NCBI GenBank assembly: GCA_964416445.1
Contig: CAYQEE010000003.1
Coordinates: forward strand, 65,946-129,945
Length of the DNA stretch: 64,000 bases
From: an uncultured Gammaproteobacteria bacterium
Lineage (GTDB): Bacteria > Patescibacteriota > Microgenomatia > Levybacterales > UBA12049
Direction: 5' to 3'
Notes under the pieces: generated by a model
The model's input: only the letters and a program-made list of their open reading frames with translations
The model's database searches: none
Told to the model about the DNA's origin: nothing
Position numbers and translations under genes: made by a program
In this document: piece by piece, positions 18,064 to 28,481 of the stretch
Layout: each line of letters starts with the position of its first letter
How positions within the stretch are numbered: position 1 is the stretch's first letter

Positions 18064-19326
18064 ATGTATAAAAAATTATTTCGATATAAACCGTCATTTA
18101 CGTTAGTAATACTTAGCTGCTGTTTCATTATTTTTGTATTTACAAATGTACCTGCTTTATTTAAAGTAACCTCCCCACATGCAAACACTAACGCTCTTGA
18201 ACCATTAACAACGAGTAAACAAGGATACGAAGTTTTTGGCTTCGCACCTTATTGGACTCTCTCTCAGTTAGATAATATCGATTTTAATATTCTCACTACA
18301 TTTGCTTATTTTGGGATTGATGTTGATGAAAACGGTAATTTGGATACATTAGGAAACGGTTACCAATCATTTAAAAGTCAACAAGCGACAAATCTGTTTA
18401 GAAAAGCACATGCCGCAGGAACTCGAGTTGTTGTGACTCTCACTCAAATGGATGAAAATACTATTCTTGCGCTCATGGATAATCCGAATGGTCAAGTAAA
18501 TGCTATTAATCAAATAGTAGATCTCGTTGATAAAAGAGGTATTGATGGTGTAAATATAGATTTTGAATATGGTCAGGATGCAGGACCAGTATATAGAAAT
18601 AAATTTAGCGCATTTATATCTAATCTGACTTCTGCAATGCATAAGAGAATAACCTCCTCTAAGGTTACTGTTTCTGTATATGCATCCGCAGTTAAAAATC
18701 CTAAGATTTATGATATTCCCTCTCTTTCACGGATAAGTGATGGTATTTTTATGATGGCATACGACTTCGCAACTGTTGGGTCAGATAATGCAATACCAAC
18801 AGATCCACTCTATGGATATAAACAAGGCAAATATTGGTATGATATTTCAACTGCGGTAAATGATTTTCTAACTCAAATGCCAGCATCAAAACTTATCTTA
18901 GGGTTACCTTGGTATGGATATGATTATCCAGTCTATTCACCACAAGTGAATGCTACTACTCTACCATATTGGGCGTACGGTGGGGATGCGAAAACTGATA
19001 CCTATGCTGTAACATCTGATCAAATAACTCCTACAGTGGTAGGAGATAATAATTTTAGAACCGGTTGGGATAGCTATGGAGAGGTTGGATATAAAGCATA
19101 CCTCGATCAATCTACAGGAACTTGGAGAATGGTATTCATCGATGATGTAAAATCAATGGGGCTAAAATATGATTTTGCAAAAAGGAATTCATTAGCTGGA
19201 GTTGGAATTTGGGCGATGGGTTTCGATAATGGTACTACAGATTTTTGGAATTTATTAAATCAAAAATTTGGATTAAAACTCGCAGATAGTTCTGTGTTGC
19301 AAAGAAAAATTGTCGACTCACAATAA
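18064..19326 (+). CDS. GH18 glycoside hydrolase (chitinase/peptidoglycan hydrolase-like)
   Basis: DGVNIDFEY, MMAYDF, KLILGLPWYGY, GVGIWAMG; N-terminal TM; ATG at 18064. Confidence 0.88.
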   Translation: MYKKLFRYKPSFTLVILSCCFIIFVFTNVPALFKVTSPHANTNALEPLTTSKQGYEVFGFAPYWTLSQLDNIDFNILTTFAYFGIDVDENGNLDTLGNGYQSFKSQQATNLFRKAHAAGTRVVVTLTQMDENTILALMDNPNGQVNAINQIVDLVDKRGIDGVNIDFEYGQDAGPVYRNKFSAFISNLTSAMHKRITSSKVTVSVYASAVKNPKIYDIPSLSRISDGIFMMAYDFATVGSDNAIPTDPLYGYKQGKYWYDISTAVNDFLTQMPASKLILGLPWYGYDYPVYSPQVNATTLPYWAYGGDAKTDTYAVTSDQITPTVVGDNNFRTGWDSYGEVGYKAYLDQSTGTWRMVFIDDVKSMGLKYDFAKRNSLAGVGIWAMGFDNGTTDFWNLLNQKFGLKLADSSVLQRKIVDSQ

Positions 19327-19329
19327 AGT

Positions 19330-20391
19330 ATGAAACTGCCTTTTACTGTGTCTAAACGCTATTTTCTACTAAATTGTTTTCTCGTTTTTGGCACTATTAC
19401 CCTTGTAATTGTAGGAAAACAAATTTTTTTCCCTCTTTCATTTCGACTTATCTCCCCTAAAGCTAAAGATTTTATTTTCGATAACGTTGCGGATAAAGTA
19501 GATACGATGCAAAATGATTATAAAATAACTCAACCTTTATCATTTATAGCTCAAGCGGAAGCTGATACAAATGCAATTTACTCAAATGCGAGTTCTTATA
19601 TTGCGATCAATAGTGACACAGGTTCAGTGATAATGCAAAAGGATCCTGAACAAAAACTACCCATAGCATCGTTAACAAAATTAATGAGTGCCGTTATAGC
19701 ATTGGATCTGGCTAAACCGGATGAACTCATAACAATTCCACCACAAGCAACAAATATTACACCAACGATTATTGGAGTAATTCCAGGTCAAAAAATGTCA
19801 ATTGGAGAACTTCTGCACGCTATGTTGATGACTTCAGCAAATGATGCTGCGGAGGTTGTGAAGGATGGAATTGATTATAAATATAAAGAAAAAGTTTTTG
19901 TTCGTGCTATGAATGAGAAAGCTCAATTTCTTGGGTTAAAAGATACTCATTTTGCAAATCCTCAAGGATTTGATAATACCAATAATTACAGTACTGCATA
20001 TGACTTAGCAGAATTAACACACTATGCGTTAACTCATTATCCCTTAATAGCTCAAATTGTGAGCCAAGATTATCTTTTCCTACCTGAAAATCAGAATCAC
20101 AAACAATTTGATTTATATAATTGGAATGGATTGTTAGATGTTTATCCCGGAGTTTATGGAGTTAAAATTGGAAACACATCATCAGCGGGATATACGATGA
20201 TAGTAGGATCAAAGCGTGAAGGGAATGATATTTTAGTAGTGCTTCTTGGAACTTCAGGTATTCTACAGAGAGATTTATGGGCTTCAGCTTTACTTGATGA
20301 TGCGTATCAAACAGAATTTGGACTTACTCCAATAAATATTACTGCTGCTCAATTACAAAAGAAATATGGTACTTGGAAGTACTATAATTAA
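19330..20391 (+). CDS. D-alanyl-D-alanine carboxypeptidase (peptidase S11)
   Basis: ASLTKLM (SxxK), SAND (SxN), HFANPQG, KIG in place of KTG. Confidence 0.88.
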   Translation: MKLPFTVSKRYFLLNCFLVFGTITLVIVGKQIFFPLSFRLISPKAKDFIFDNVADKVDTMQNDYKITQPLSFIAQAEADTNAIYSNASSYIAINSDTGSVIMQKDPEQKLPIASLTKLMSAVIALDLAKPDELITIPPQATNITPTIIGVIPGQKMSIGELLHAMLMTSANDAAEVVKDGIDYKYKEKVFVRAMNEKAQFLGLKDTHFANPQGFDNTNNYSTAYDLAELTHYALTHYPLIAQIVSQDYLFLPENQNHKQFDLYNWNGLLDVYPGVYGVKIGNTSSAGYTMIVGSKREGNDILVVLLGTSGILQRDLWASALLDDAYQTEFGLTPINITAAQLQKKYGTWKYYN

Positions 20392-20404
20392 GGAGGTGAT
20401 AACA

Positions 20405-20485
20405 ATGGAAGAAATAATACAAAAAATATTGGAAGCCTTTGGCTTAAAAAGACCAGCCCTAGCTAAAGTTCCTGTGAATCAGTAA
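20405..20485 (+). CDS. 26-aa small protein MEEIIQKILEAFGLKRPALAKVPVNQ
   Basis: Perfect SD AAGGAGGTGA at 20390-20399, 5 nt before the ATG; below the ORF-track length cutoff. Confidence 0.7.
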   Translation: MEEIIQKILEAFGLKRPALAKVPVNQ

Positions 20486-20694
20486 TGTCATTCTTTAGTT
20501 TTTACTAAATCTAGCTTGTTCGGTCATACTAAATACGAAACTATTATAGAAGATAAACGTGATCATTCTATATTAATATGCAATGATTTTTAGTATGTTT
20601 GCATCCTTATTTAGCTTCTTCTTTCTTATGGTAAGTCCAATAGACATTTTATAATTTTAACGCAAATAATTTAGAATTTTTTTTCCTTATTTCG

Positions 20695-20723
20695 TTGACA
20701 AAATGAGAAGAAAGCCCTATAAT
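20695..20723 (+). promoter_or_regulatory. Consensus sigma70 promoter for the RND operon
   Basis: TTGACA-17 nt-TATAAT. Confidence 0.85.
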
Positions 20724-20799
20724 CCTAAGGTAATTAACCATTCTGCCCTCTGGAAAAATATCCTAGAATAATAAAGAAAGTCCTAGTACTAATATTGTC

Positions 20800-22281
20800 A
20801 TGGCACAAAATATACGAAACAAAAATAAGTTAATTGAATCACTGCAGTCATTTCTTCAACGATTAAAGATTTTTTTCAGAAATTTTTATGCTCGTGTAAC
20901 TATATGGTTTCGGAAGAGGCCATTATTAAGTTTTTTAGGTACACTTGGTGTTCTTCTTTTTTTCATTATCCTTGCCAATGTTATTGGCAAACCAAAAGCG
21001 CAAAACACTGCGAATACCAACTTTGTGAAAACTGTTTCAGTTTATCGGATTGGAAGTGTTCCTAAAATTTCATTACCAGCGAAAGTACAAAAATCTGGAG
21101 TTGTAAAAATTGTGGCACAAACATCAGGAATTATACAGAATATTCCTGTAGTAGAGGGAGATTCAGTTTCAAAGGGAACGAATTTAATAAATATCTCCAC
21201 AAATTACCAAGGGGGAAATGTCGCGGATGTTCAAGCGGAGATAGCGAAGGAACAGAATCAAAACGTCATAAATACCTATCAAATTCAGCAGGATTTAATT
21301 AATGAACAAAAGCAAGTTGCAACAGACACTGCTGCAAATACAGTAGATCTGCAACAAATAGCAGCTCAGTCATCACAAGATTCTCAAACGCTTATTCATT
21401 ATGATCAAGACATTATTACAACATTGAATCAAGAACTTGCAAACTATACTGCATCAAATTCCGGTGGTATGAATAATGCACTTATTCTTCAAACACAATC
21501 ATTAGTAAGCCAGTTCCAATCAGGAATTAATCAACTTAATGCAGCGTTAAGGCAAGCGCAATATCAACAAAATCCTTTGAATCCTCCTCTCCTGTTAAGC
21601 AATCTTCAGGAAGATATAACATTAAAACAACTCGATATACAACAGCAATCGTTAGCTTTAAACAAAGAAATTAGTTCTCTTCAATTAAGTGTCGCATACT
21701 TAAATGCTTCGCTCATGCATCCATCGAGTCCGGTAAATGGTGTTGTTGAGCGCGTCTATGTAACTCCTGGACAGCTGGTAAATCCAGGTACCACATTACT
21801 TATTGTGTCATCTACCGAGAGTAATCTCGATGTAACTGCAATCGTTAGTGTTCCTTTACAGCTTGCACAAAATATATCGAGACTTGAGAATAGTATTTTA
21901 CATATTGGAAATCGTCAAGTGAATGTCTTACCACGATATATATCTCAGGATGCTACTGATGGGAATTTATATACCGTACTTTATAGTATTCCTCAAGATG
22001 TTCAAAATAATGTGACTGACGGTGGTTATATTAATGTCGACGTACCTGTTGGCATACCAGATACTGATAATTCCGTGCCATTTATCCCGCTAGATAGCAT
22101 TTATCAAACGCAGAATGAAGCATACATTTATGTCATTAAAAGTGGTCATGCTGAAAGTAGAACAGTTACGTTAGGGAATGTATATGGGAGATTTGTGCAA
22201 ATAACCTCAGGACTAACAAATGGAGATCAGGTTATTCTTGATCGGACAGTTATTGCGGGCGATAAGGTAAAAGCAGGTTAA
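20800..22281 (+). CDS. RND-associated membrane fusion (periplasmic adaptor) protein with long Gln-rich coiled coil
   Basis: TM anchor; lipoyl halves VEGDSVSKG and SPVNGVVERVYVTPG; C-terminal ITSGLTNGDQVI. Confidence 0.85.
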   Translation: MAQNIRNKNKLIESLQSFLQRLKIFFRNFYARVTIWFRKRPLLSFLGTLGVLLFFIILANVIGKPKAQNTANTNFVKTVSVYRIGSVPKISLPAKVQKSGVVKIVAQTSGIIQNIPVVEGDSVSKGTNLINISTNYQGGNVADVQAEIAKEQNQNVINTYQIQQDLINEQKQVATDTAANTVDLQQIAAQSSQDSQTLIHYDQDIITTLNQELANYTASNSGGMNNALILQTQSLVSQFQSGINQLNAALRQAQYQQNPLNPPLLLSNLQEDITLKQLDIQQQSLALNKEISSLQLSVAYLNASLMHPSSPVNGVVERVYVTPGQLVNPGTTLLIVSSTESNLDVTAIVSVPLQLAQNISRLENSILHIGNRQVNVLPRYISQDATDGNLYTVLYSIPQDVQNNVTDGGYINVDVPVGIPDTDNSVPFIPLDSIYQTQNEAYIYVIKSGHAESRTVTLGNVYGRFVQITSGLTNGDQVILDRTVIAGDKVKAG

Positions 22282-22301
22282 TTCAATATTAATTCTAATC
22301 T

Positions 22302-25300
22302 ATGGCAGAAGCGAAATCCTATTTACATTTTCTTAAATTCGATCCAAAACTTAAGCAAACATTTATTGCAAAGTATCTATTAAATCCACGATTAGTTGTT
22401 CTCTTAACAATTGTGACGATAGGAATTGGGCTCTATAGTTTTTACACACTTCCTCGTACACTTAACCCTGAAATTAAGATTCCCATTGTTATTGTTAATG
22501 TTGTTCTTCCTGGGGCGGGACCTTCAGATGTTGAATCTTTAGTTACCATTCCTGTTGAGAATGCCGTATTAGGGCTTGCCAATGTGCAAACCGTAACTTC
22601 AAATTCAATAAATTCGGATTCTATAACTCAAATACAATTTAATTCAGGCGTAGATCCTGATAAAGCACTTTCTGATGTACAAGCAGCTGTAAATGGAATA
22701 ACTGCACTACCGAAAGATGCTCAAACTCCGCAAGTTACAAAAGTAAACTTTGCTAATGTTCCTATTTGGACTTTTGCAGTTTCATCAAATGGAGATACTG
22801 GTAGTCTCATGAGATATGCGAAGTCATTACAAGATAGGATTAAATCTCTTTCATCGATTAATACGGTTAATGTAAGTGGATTGGATCAACAAGAAATACA
22901 AATTGTAATTAAACCAGAATCAGTTGCTACATATGGTTTAAATCCTCTGCAAATATCCCAATTCATTGCAACAGCGATTCAAGCATATCCTGCAGGAAGT
23001 GTGTCTACTGATAAAGAAACATATGCGCTAACTTTAGATCAGGAAGCAGCTTCTATAAATGATTTGCGCAATATACAGGTTAACCTTAATGGTTCGGTAG
23101 TTCCGTTATCTCAAGTTGCAAACATATTCGAACGTCCTAAACCGGATCAAGTAAGGTCATTTCTTGCAACAAAAAGTAAATTACCAAAACCTGTTGTTTC
23201 ATTTAGTATCTTTAAAACGGATGCTTCAAGTATTGATCAGGCTTATTCAGATACGCAAAAACTAATAGCAAATGAGTTACCAATTCAAAACGGACAGTTT
23301 CAAGTCTACACTACATCAAGTGCAACGCAACAAATAGCAGATCAATTTAATGAACTTACCCGAGATTTTGTAATAACTATATTGCTTGTTTTTTTCGTAC
23401 TCTTCGTCTTCCTTGGAGTAAGACAAGCAATAATCGCTTCACTTGCCGTACCAATAACTTTTCTTATTGGGTTTACTATTATGAGGATTACCGGGCTTTC
23501 ATTGAGTTTCATTTCTCTTTTCTCGCTGCTCTTAGCTTTGGGATTATTAGTTGATGATACTATCGTTGTTGTATCAGCGATGACTGCGTATTATCGTTCA
23601 GGTAAATTTACCGCAGCAGAAACCGGTCTATTAGTATGGAGAGATTTTCTATTACCTATATTAACTACTACTACCACAACCGTTTGGGCGTTTCTACCTT
23701 TGCTTTTGGCCACTGGAATTATTGGTGAATTTATAAAACCAATACCAATTGTAGTTTCTTCAACCTTAATTGCATCTATCTTTGTTGCACTATTGATAAC
23801 TCTCCCATTTGTTATTTTTATGCTTGAGCCACAAATACCAAATCGTGTAAAAATATTTCTTCGTATTGTAGGTTTTCTTATTCTTATTTTGCTTATATTT
23901 TCCTTCCTGCCAAAAGGACCTTTTTTCCTCATTGAGCTTTTAGCATTTGTGGTATTTGCATTTTGTATTTTTGTGGTAAGAGACATTTTGGTAAAAAGAA
24001 TTAAACAAGGCTGGTTGCAATTGAAAAAGAGATTCCATCTGAAAAGAAATTTTGATGATTATATTAATGATGGATTAATCCATTTTACGATCATTAGTAA
24101 TAAGTATCATAGGGTTATTGAAAATATTCTCAGTTCTAAAACGAAACGACGGAATACGATTATAATGGCAATAGCCTTCTCGTTGTTTTCTTATATCTTA
24201 CTTCCTCTTGGATTTGTGCGAAATGAATTCTTTCCTAAAAGTGATCAAGATTCAGTCGCCATGAGTTTAGAATTACCTGCTGGTGTTAATGTGCAAACAT
24301 CGACTCAATATTCTATACAATTTCTCAAAGATTTACGAAAAATTGAGGGAGTTGATTTTGTTACATCTGATATTGGACAAACTGCAGATACTGCGATGGG
24401 TAGTGGAGGAAGCGCGGGAACCAATGATATTCTCTTTTCTCTTGTTTTGCCTCCGAAGGCTCAAAGAACAGTGTCTTCACTACGAATAGGGCAAATTTTA
24501 CGTGATAAATATAATAATTACCCAAATGGGAAAATAACTGTTGTAGAATCATCAGGCGGACCTCCTGCAGGAGCAGATATCCAGATCAAATTATTTGGTT
24601 CAGATTTAAATACGCTCGATCAATATGCAAATAGACTTGAAAATTATTTAAAAACACAACCAGGAGTTGTTAATATTGATAAAACAATTAAACCAGGAAC
24701 GAGTAAATTAGTATTCGCGCCTGATTTACAAAAGATGGCTAATCTCCAAATAGGCCAAGATACCTTAGGTACATGGTTACGCCTTTTTGCAAGTGGATTA
24801 ACAGTAAATTCTGTGCAATGGGGGTTAACGGGAACCGATAAGGAAGATATTACTATCAGAATGAATTCGAATACGCAAAATCCTGAATCTGTTAGCAATA
24901 TTTCAATCCCTACTCAGTCCCAAGGTCAGAGTGGCGTTACGAATGTTCCTATCGCAAATTTAGGACAAATGAAGGTTGAAACAAATCCAACATTGATCAC
25001 AAGAGAAGCGGGGAAAAGAACAATATCTGTAACAGCGAGTGTTCTTCCTGGTTATTCAGTAACTGGTATTAACGCATTGCTTGAAAAGCAAGCAAATGCT
25101 CTCCATCTTCCTAATGGTTATTCATGGAGTACTGGAGGAGTAAATCAACAGAATAATGAATCTGTGCAATCTATCCTTGAAGCTATGGTGCTCTCCTTTG
25201 TGCTGATTATTGTTACGATGGTGATTCAGTTTGGATCATTTAGACGAGCTTTAATCGTTATGCTTGTTATCCCTCTATCAATTTCGGGTGTTTTCATTAT

Positions 25301-25655
25301 ATTTGCTTTGACAAATACACCGTTATCATTTCCAGCATTAATTGGAGTACTTGCACTTTTTGGTATTGTTGTCAAAAATTCAATTCTTGTTGTCGATAAA
25401 ATAATGCAAAATCAAAAAGCTGGACTCGCTTTTATTCCAGCAATTGCTGATGCTTCTTCAAGTCGATTGGAAGCAATTGCACTCACTTCGATAGCAACAA
25501 TTTTTGGATTACTTCCTATCACACTCTCAAACCCTCTTTGGCAAGGATTGGGAGGGGCTATTATTGCAGGTTTAACATTTTCAGGGACTATCATGTTGTT
25601 TTTTATACCAGTGGTTTATTATTATTGGTTCCACGGAGATCGAGTAAATAAATAA
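22302..25655 (+). CDS. RND efflux transporter, AcrB/SwrC family
   Basis: PGAGPSDVESLVTIPVE, GLLVDDTIVV, GIVVKNSILVVD; two-repeat TM architecture. Confidence 0.92.
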   Translation: MAEAKSYLHFLKFDPKLKQTFIAKYLLNPRLVVLLTIVTIGIGLYSFYTLPRTLNPEIKIPIVIVNVVLPGAGPSDVESLVTIPVENAVLGLANVQTVTSNSINSDSITQIQFNSGVDPDKALSDVQAAVNGITALPKDAQTPQVTKVNFANVPIWTFAVSSNGDTGSLMRYAKSLQDRIKSLSSINTVNVSGLDQQEIQIVIKPESVATYGLNPLQISQFIATAIQAYPAGSVSTDKETYALTLDQEAASINDLRNIQVNLNGSVVPLSQVANIFERPKPDQVRSFLATKSKLPKPVVSFSIFKTDASSIDQAYSDTQKLIANELPIQNGQFQVYTTSSATQQIADQFNELTRDFVITILLVFFVLFVFLGVRQAIIASLAVPITFLIGFTIMRITGLSLSFISLFSLLLALGLLVDDTIVVVSAMTAYYRSGKFTAAETGLLVWRDFLLPILTTTTTTVWAFLPLLLATGIIGEFIKPIPIVVSSTLIASIFVALLITLPFVIFMLEPQIPNRVKIFLRIVGFLILILLIFSFLPKGPFFLIELLAFVVFAFCIFVVRDILVKRIKQGWLQLKKRFHLKRNFDDYINDGLIHFTIISNKYHRVIENILSSKTKRRNTIIMAIAFSLFSYILLPLGFVRNEFFPKSDQDSVAMSLELPAGVNVQTSTQYSIQFLKDLRKIEGVDFVTSDIGQTADTAMGSGGSAGTNDILFSLVLPPKAQRTVSSLRIGQILRDKYNNYPNGKITVVESSGGPPAGADIQIKLFGSDLNTLDQYANRLENYLKTQPGVVNIDKTIKPGTSKLVFAPDLQKMANLQIGQDTLGTWLRLFASGLTVNSVQWGLTGTDKEDITIRMNSNTQNPESVSNISIPTQSQGQSGVTNVPIANLGQMKVETNPTLITREAGKRTISVTASVLPGYSVTGINALLEKQANALHLPNGYSWSTGGVNQQNNESVQSILEAMVLSFVLIIVTMVIQFGSFRRALIVMLVIPLSISGVFIIFALTNTPLSFPALIGVLALFGIVVKNSILVVDKIMQNQKAGLAFIPAIADASSSRLEAIALTSIATIFGLLPITLSNPLWQGLGGAIIAGLTFSGTIMLFFIPVVYYYWFHGDRVNK

Positions 25656-26897
25656 TTATTTAAGTTCACTTGTAGTAAGATGCCAGTTTAAGCTAAAAAG
25701 ACTAAATGCTGCAATTGAGTGAACAAATGGTATTACTCTCTTTTTGCCTCTTCTCCGTCTTGACGCATTTGGACATCCATAAGTTAACCGGGGTTCCGAA
25801 TGAATTTTTTCCGGATTTCTTATTTGGTCTTCAAAAAGTAGTTGCCGAGCATTTTCTTCAGTATTAGCCTTTTCTTGAGGTTTTCTTTGCAAAATGCCAG
25901 TAAATTCAGATCCGGGTTCATGAATAAGTGAGAGCATCAAATATTCGGGTTTAAATACAAACGAGGCAAGTTCCCCTAATTCAATATTTCGTATTCTTTT
26001 TTCAGTAATCAAATCAAGTTCCTTATCCTGAATTGAAAAATCTTTATGTGCTAGGTCGAGAAGCAAGCTGACTGAATGAGAGAAAATACTCAACATTTCA
26101 TCACGAGTAATAGATTGTGAATTACGTTCTTGAATTTGGGCAAAATCTCTTCTCGCTACCTGAGGTGATACTTCAACCATTGCATATGAAATATCAGGAG
26201 CTGTTTGCATACCGCGTTTTATAAAAGTATAAACATCAAAATCGGTGCGTTTTCCACGATGTATTAATTGATGTCTGTTGCCATATTCAACATACTTTCT
26301 TAAATTACGATACATGATACTCCAAGGATTATTAGGATCATCTCTGTTGGTACTCCTAATTTCTTCTATCGTTGTATATAAACTTCCATTAAGCATATTA
26401 CTATAATGAGATAATAAGACCAGCTGAGCTAAATGAAGGTATCCATCTGTGACATATAAATAGTTCACAGTAGGATCAATTTCAATTTCTTCAATATTTT
26501 TTTGTAAACGATTCATATCGAATATCGTACCATCGCTTACTCTAGTGGCTTGTTCAACTCGATCGGTCATTCTCCCGCTCATGAGAGCGACACTAGTATT
26601 TGCCATGACTTTTCCTGTAGTTTCCCATTCTGCATGCGAAGTTGGTCGATAGTCGGGATTGAATATGCCAGAATTTATTACAGAAGTTACGAATGGATCT
26701 TCAGAATATTTTCCCTGCAAGAGTTGATTTACGTTTGTTACTCCATAGTGGGGAATGACGCTTTTTTGCAAAAGGGATTCAAAAATAGGAACAACATGAC
26801 TTGCTGGAAATCTTGTCTCAAATTGTGGTAACAGTTTCCTTGCCGCAACTTCTTCTGGAGCTGGAGTGAATGGTCTATTATCGAATCTGCCTTGCAT
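25656..26897 (-). CDS. Hypothetical soluble protein
   Basis: 413-aa ORF with TG-c-TATAAT 6 nt before the ATG; no recognised motif. Confidence 0.65.
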   Translation of the reverse strand: MQGRFDNRPFTPAPEEVAARKLLPQFETRFPASHVVPIFESLLQKSVIPHYGVTNVNQLLQGKYSEDPFVTSVINSGIFNPDYRPTSHAEWETTGKVMANTSVALMSGRMTDRVEQATRVSDGTIFDMNRLQKNIEEIEIDPTVNYLYVTDGYLHLAQLVLLSHYSNMLNGSLYTTIEEIRSTNRDDPNNPWSIMYRNLRKYVEYGNRHQLIHRGKRTDFDVYTFIKRGMQTAPDISYAMVEVSPQVARRDFAQIQERNSQSITRDEMLSIFSHSVSLLLDLAHKDFSIQDKELDLITEKRIRNIELGELASFVFKPEYLMLSLIHEPGSEFTGILQRKPQEKANTEENARQLLFEDQIRNPEKIHSEPRLTYGCPNASRRRRGKKRVIPFVHSIAAFSLFSLNWHLTTSELK

Positions 26898-26943
26898 AGA
26901 TATATTATAGCAAAAATACTATAAGTTTATTAAATTTAGCTGA

Positions 26944-28431
26944 TTATAACTCTACTATGAACGCACGCTGAGTTGCATCATTCAATGCCAAATCAGATAA
27001 ACCGTATCGTTCAAATTTTTGCTGTGTTTCTTGAATACTCTCTTTTTTCCCGAGTATTTCAAGAATGTCAATCTGTCCTTTAAGATATTTTGCGAGTCGT
27101 GTTTTCTGCATTAGATTATTTTGTTCACTCGTATTGTTTATTATCGCTACCTGTTCTACTGATTTAAATTGTTCTAAAGCAGTTTCATAGTCCCCTATAC
27201 CGACATACGCTAGTCCTAGACCGTAATAAAGTTGATCAAGCGGAGGCATAGTGTTTTTTTCATGCTCTTCATTCTGGTGATATCCGATTAGCAATCGCTT
27301 AAAGACTTGATATGCATCGTAAAACTGTTTTATCTGTAATAATGCGCTGCCCTTAATATATTGGTTAGTGGTGTTTGGAAAATTTTTGCAAACTTGGATT
27401 GCCTCGTGATATTTACCTTGACGCATAAAAGCTGCAATAGTTGTTTGTGGGTCTTGAACTGCATCAAAACTTCTACGATGTTTTCTCTGTTTCTCACGTG
27501 CAACAGTATAGTTTTCTTGTAAAGCTGTTATGTAGGCGGAAACACTATTGAAGCGTTGATCTGGATTTTTCGCTAAAGCTTTACCAACAACTTCTTCTAA
27601 GTTCATTCGTAAAGCGAGATCTTCATCTGAGGTAGCCTTGATTGTGTCCTTAAATTGAGGTACCGGCATAACCGTGTGTAAAAATCCATATCCTTGTGGA
27701 GATCCCCCTTCAGAAATATAAAAAGGAAGTTCACCAGTTAATAATTCAAACGTAATAATTCCTAGAGCATAAAGATCGGACTGGGTAAGTGGCATACCTG
27801 TAAATTGCTCAGATGCCATATACGGCGGTGAACCTTCAAGTAACTGTGAATTATTGTTACACACTACTATCGCAGCACCAAAATCACTTAATATCACATC
27901 TAAATGTATACCGTGCTCTTCCCTATTCTGTCGTCGTCTATTCAACAATAAGTTCTCAGGCTTTACATCTCGATGAATAATTCTATTTGGATGGTTATGT
28001 ACATGAGTAAGGGCACCGGATGCTTGTTCAATAATCTTTATCGTATCTGCTACAGGGAGAGGTTGGTGTGGTGGCCGATATTGTTTTACGTTGCCGCTAT
28101 TCGCGTAGGTTGTTACCATAAAAGGATGATATTCTAAGGAATCTCCATGAACTGGATTTTGCGAAGGAACTGTTTGTAAACCAAAATCATGAACCCGCAA
28201 AATATGTGGATGGCGGAGCTCCGATATTAATAATGCTTCCTGTGCAAACTTAACAATTTGTTTAGGATTGGCACTGGCGCGGAGGATTTTTATCGCAACA
28301 GGTAGTTTGTTTTGTTCCCCCGAGGCTAAATAGACGGCACCATACCCTCCACTACCAAGGAATCCTTGAACTTTATACCTACCCATTTTCCCTTGAAGTG
28401 AGGTGCCAATGAAACCTTCTCGCGCCAACAC
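26944..28431 (-). CDS. Hanks-type Ser/Thr protein kinase with C-terminal TPR-like repeats
   Basis: GSGGYGAVY, VAIK, HRDVKPEN, DFG, YMASE, SDLYALG; YYGLGLAY...YETALEQF; GTG start after TTGACT-17-TATAAA. Confidence 0.92.
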   Translation of the reverse strand: MLAREGFIGTSLQGKMGRYKVQGFLGSGGYGAVYLASGEQNKLPVAIKILRASANPKQIVKFAQEALLISELRHPHILRVHDFGLQTVPSQNPVHGDSLEYHPFMVTTYANSGNVKQYRPPHQPLPVADTIKIIEQASGALTHVHNHPNRIIHRDVKPENLLLNRRRQNREEHGIHLDVILSDFGAAIVVCNNNSQLLEGSPPYMASEQFTGMPLTQSDLYALGIITFELLTGELPFYISEGGSPQGYGFLHTVMPVPQFKDTIKATSDEDLALRMNLEEVVGKALAKNPDQRFNSVSAYITALQENYTVAREKQRKHRRSFDAVQDPQTTIAAFMRQGKYHEAIQVCKNFPNTTNQYIKGSALLQIKQFYDAYQVFKRLLIGYHQNEEHEKNTMPPLDQLYYGLGLAYVGIGDYETALEQFKSVEQVAIINNTSEQNNLMQKTRLAKYLKGQIDILEILGKKESIQETQQKFERYGLSDLALNDATQRAFIVEL

Positions 28432-28481
28432 CCATATTTTATAGGCCTAGAGTAGCGCTGAGTCAATATATTTACCTCTTT

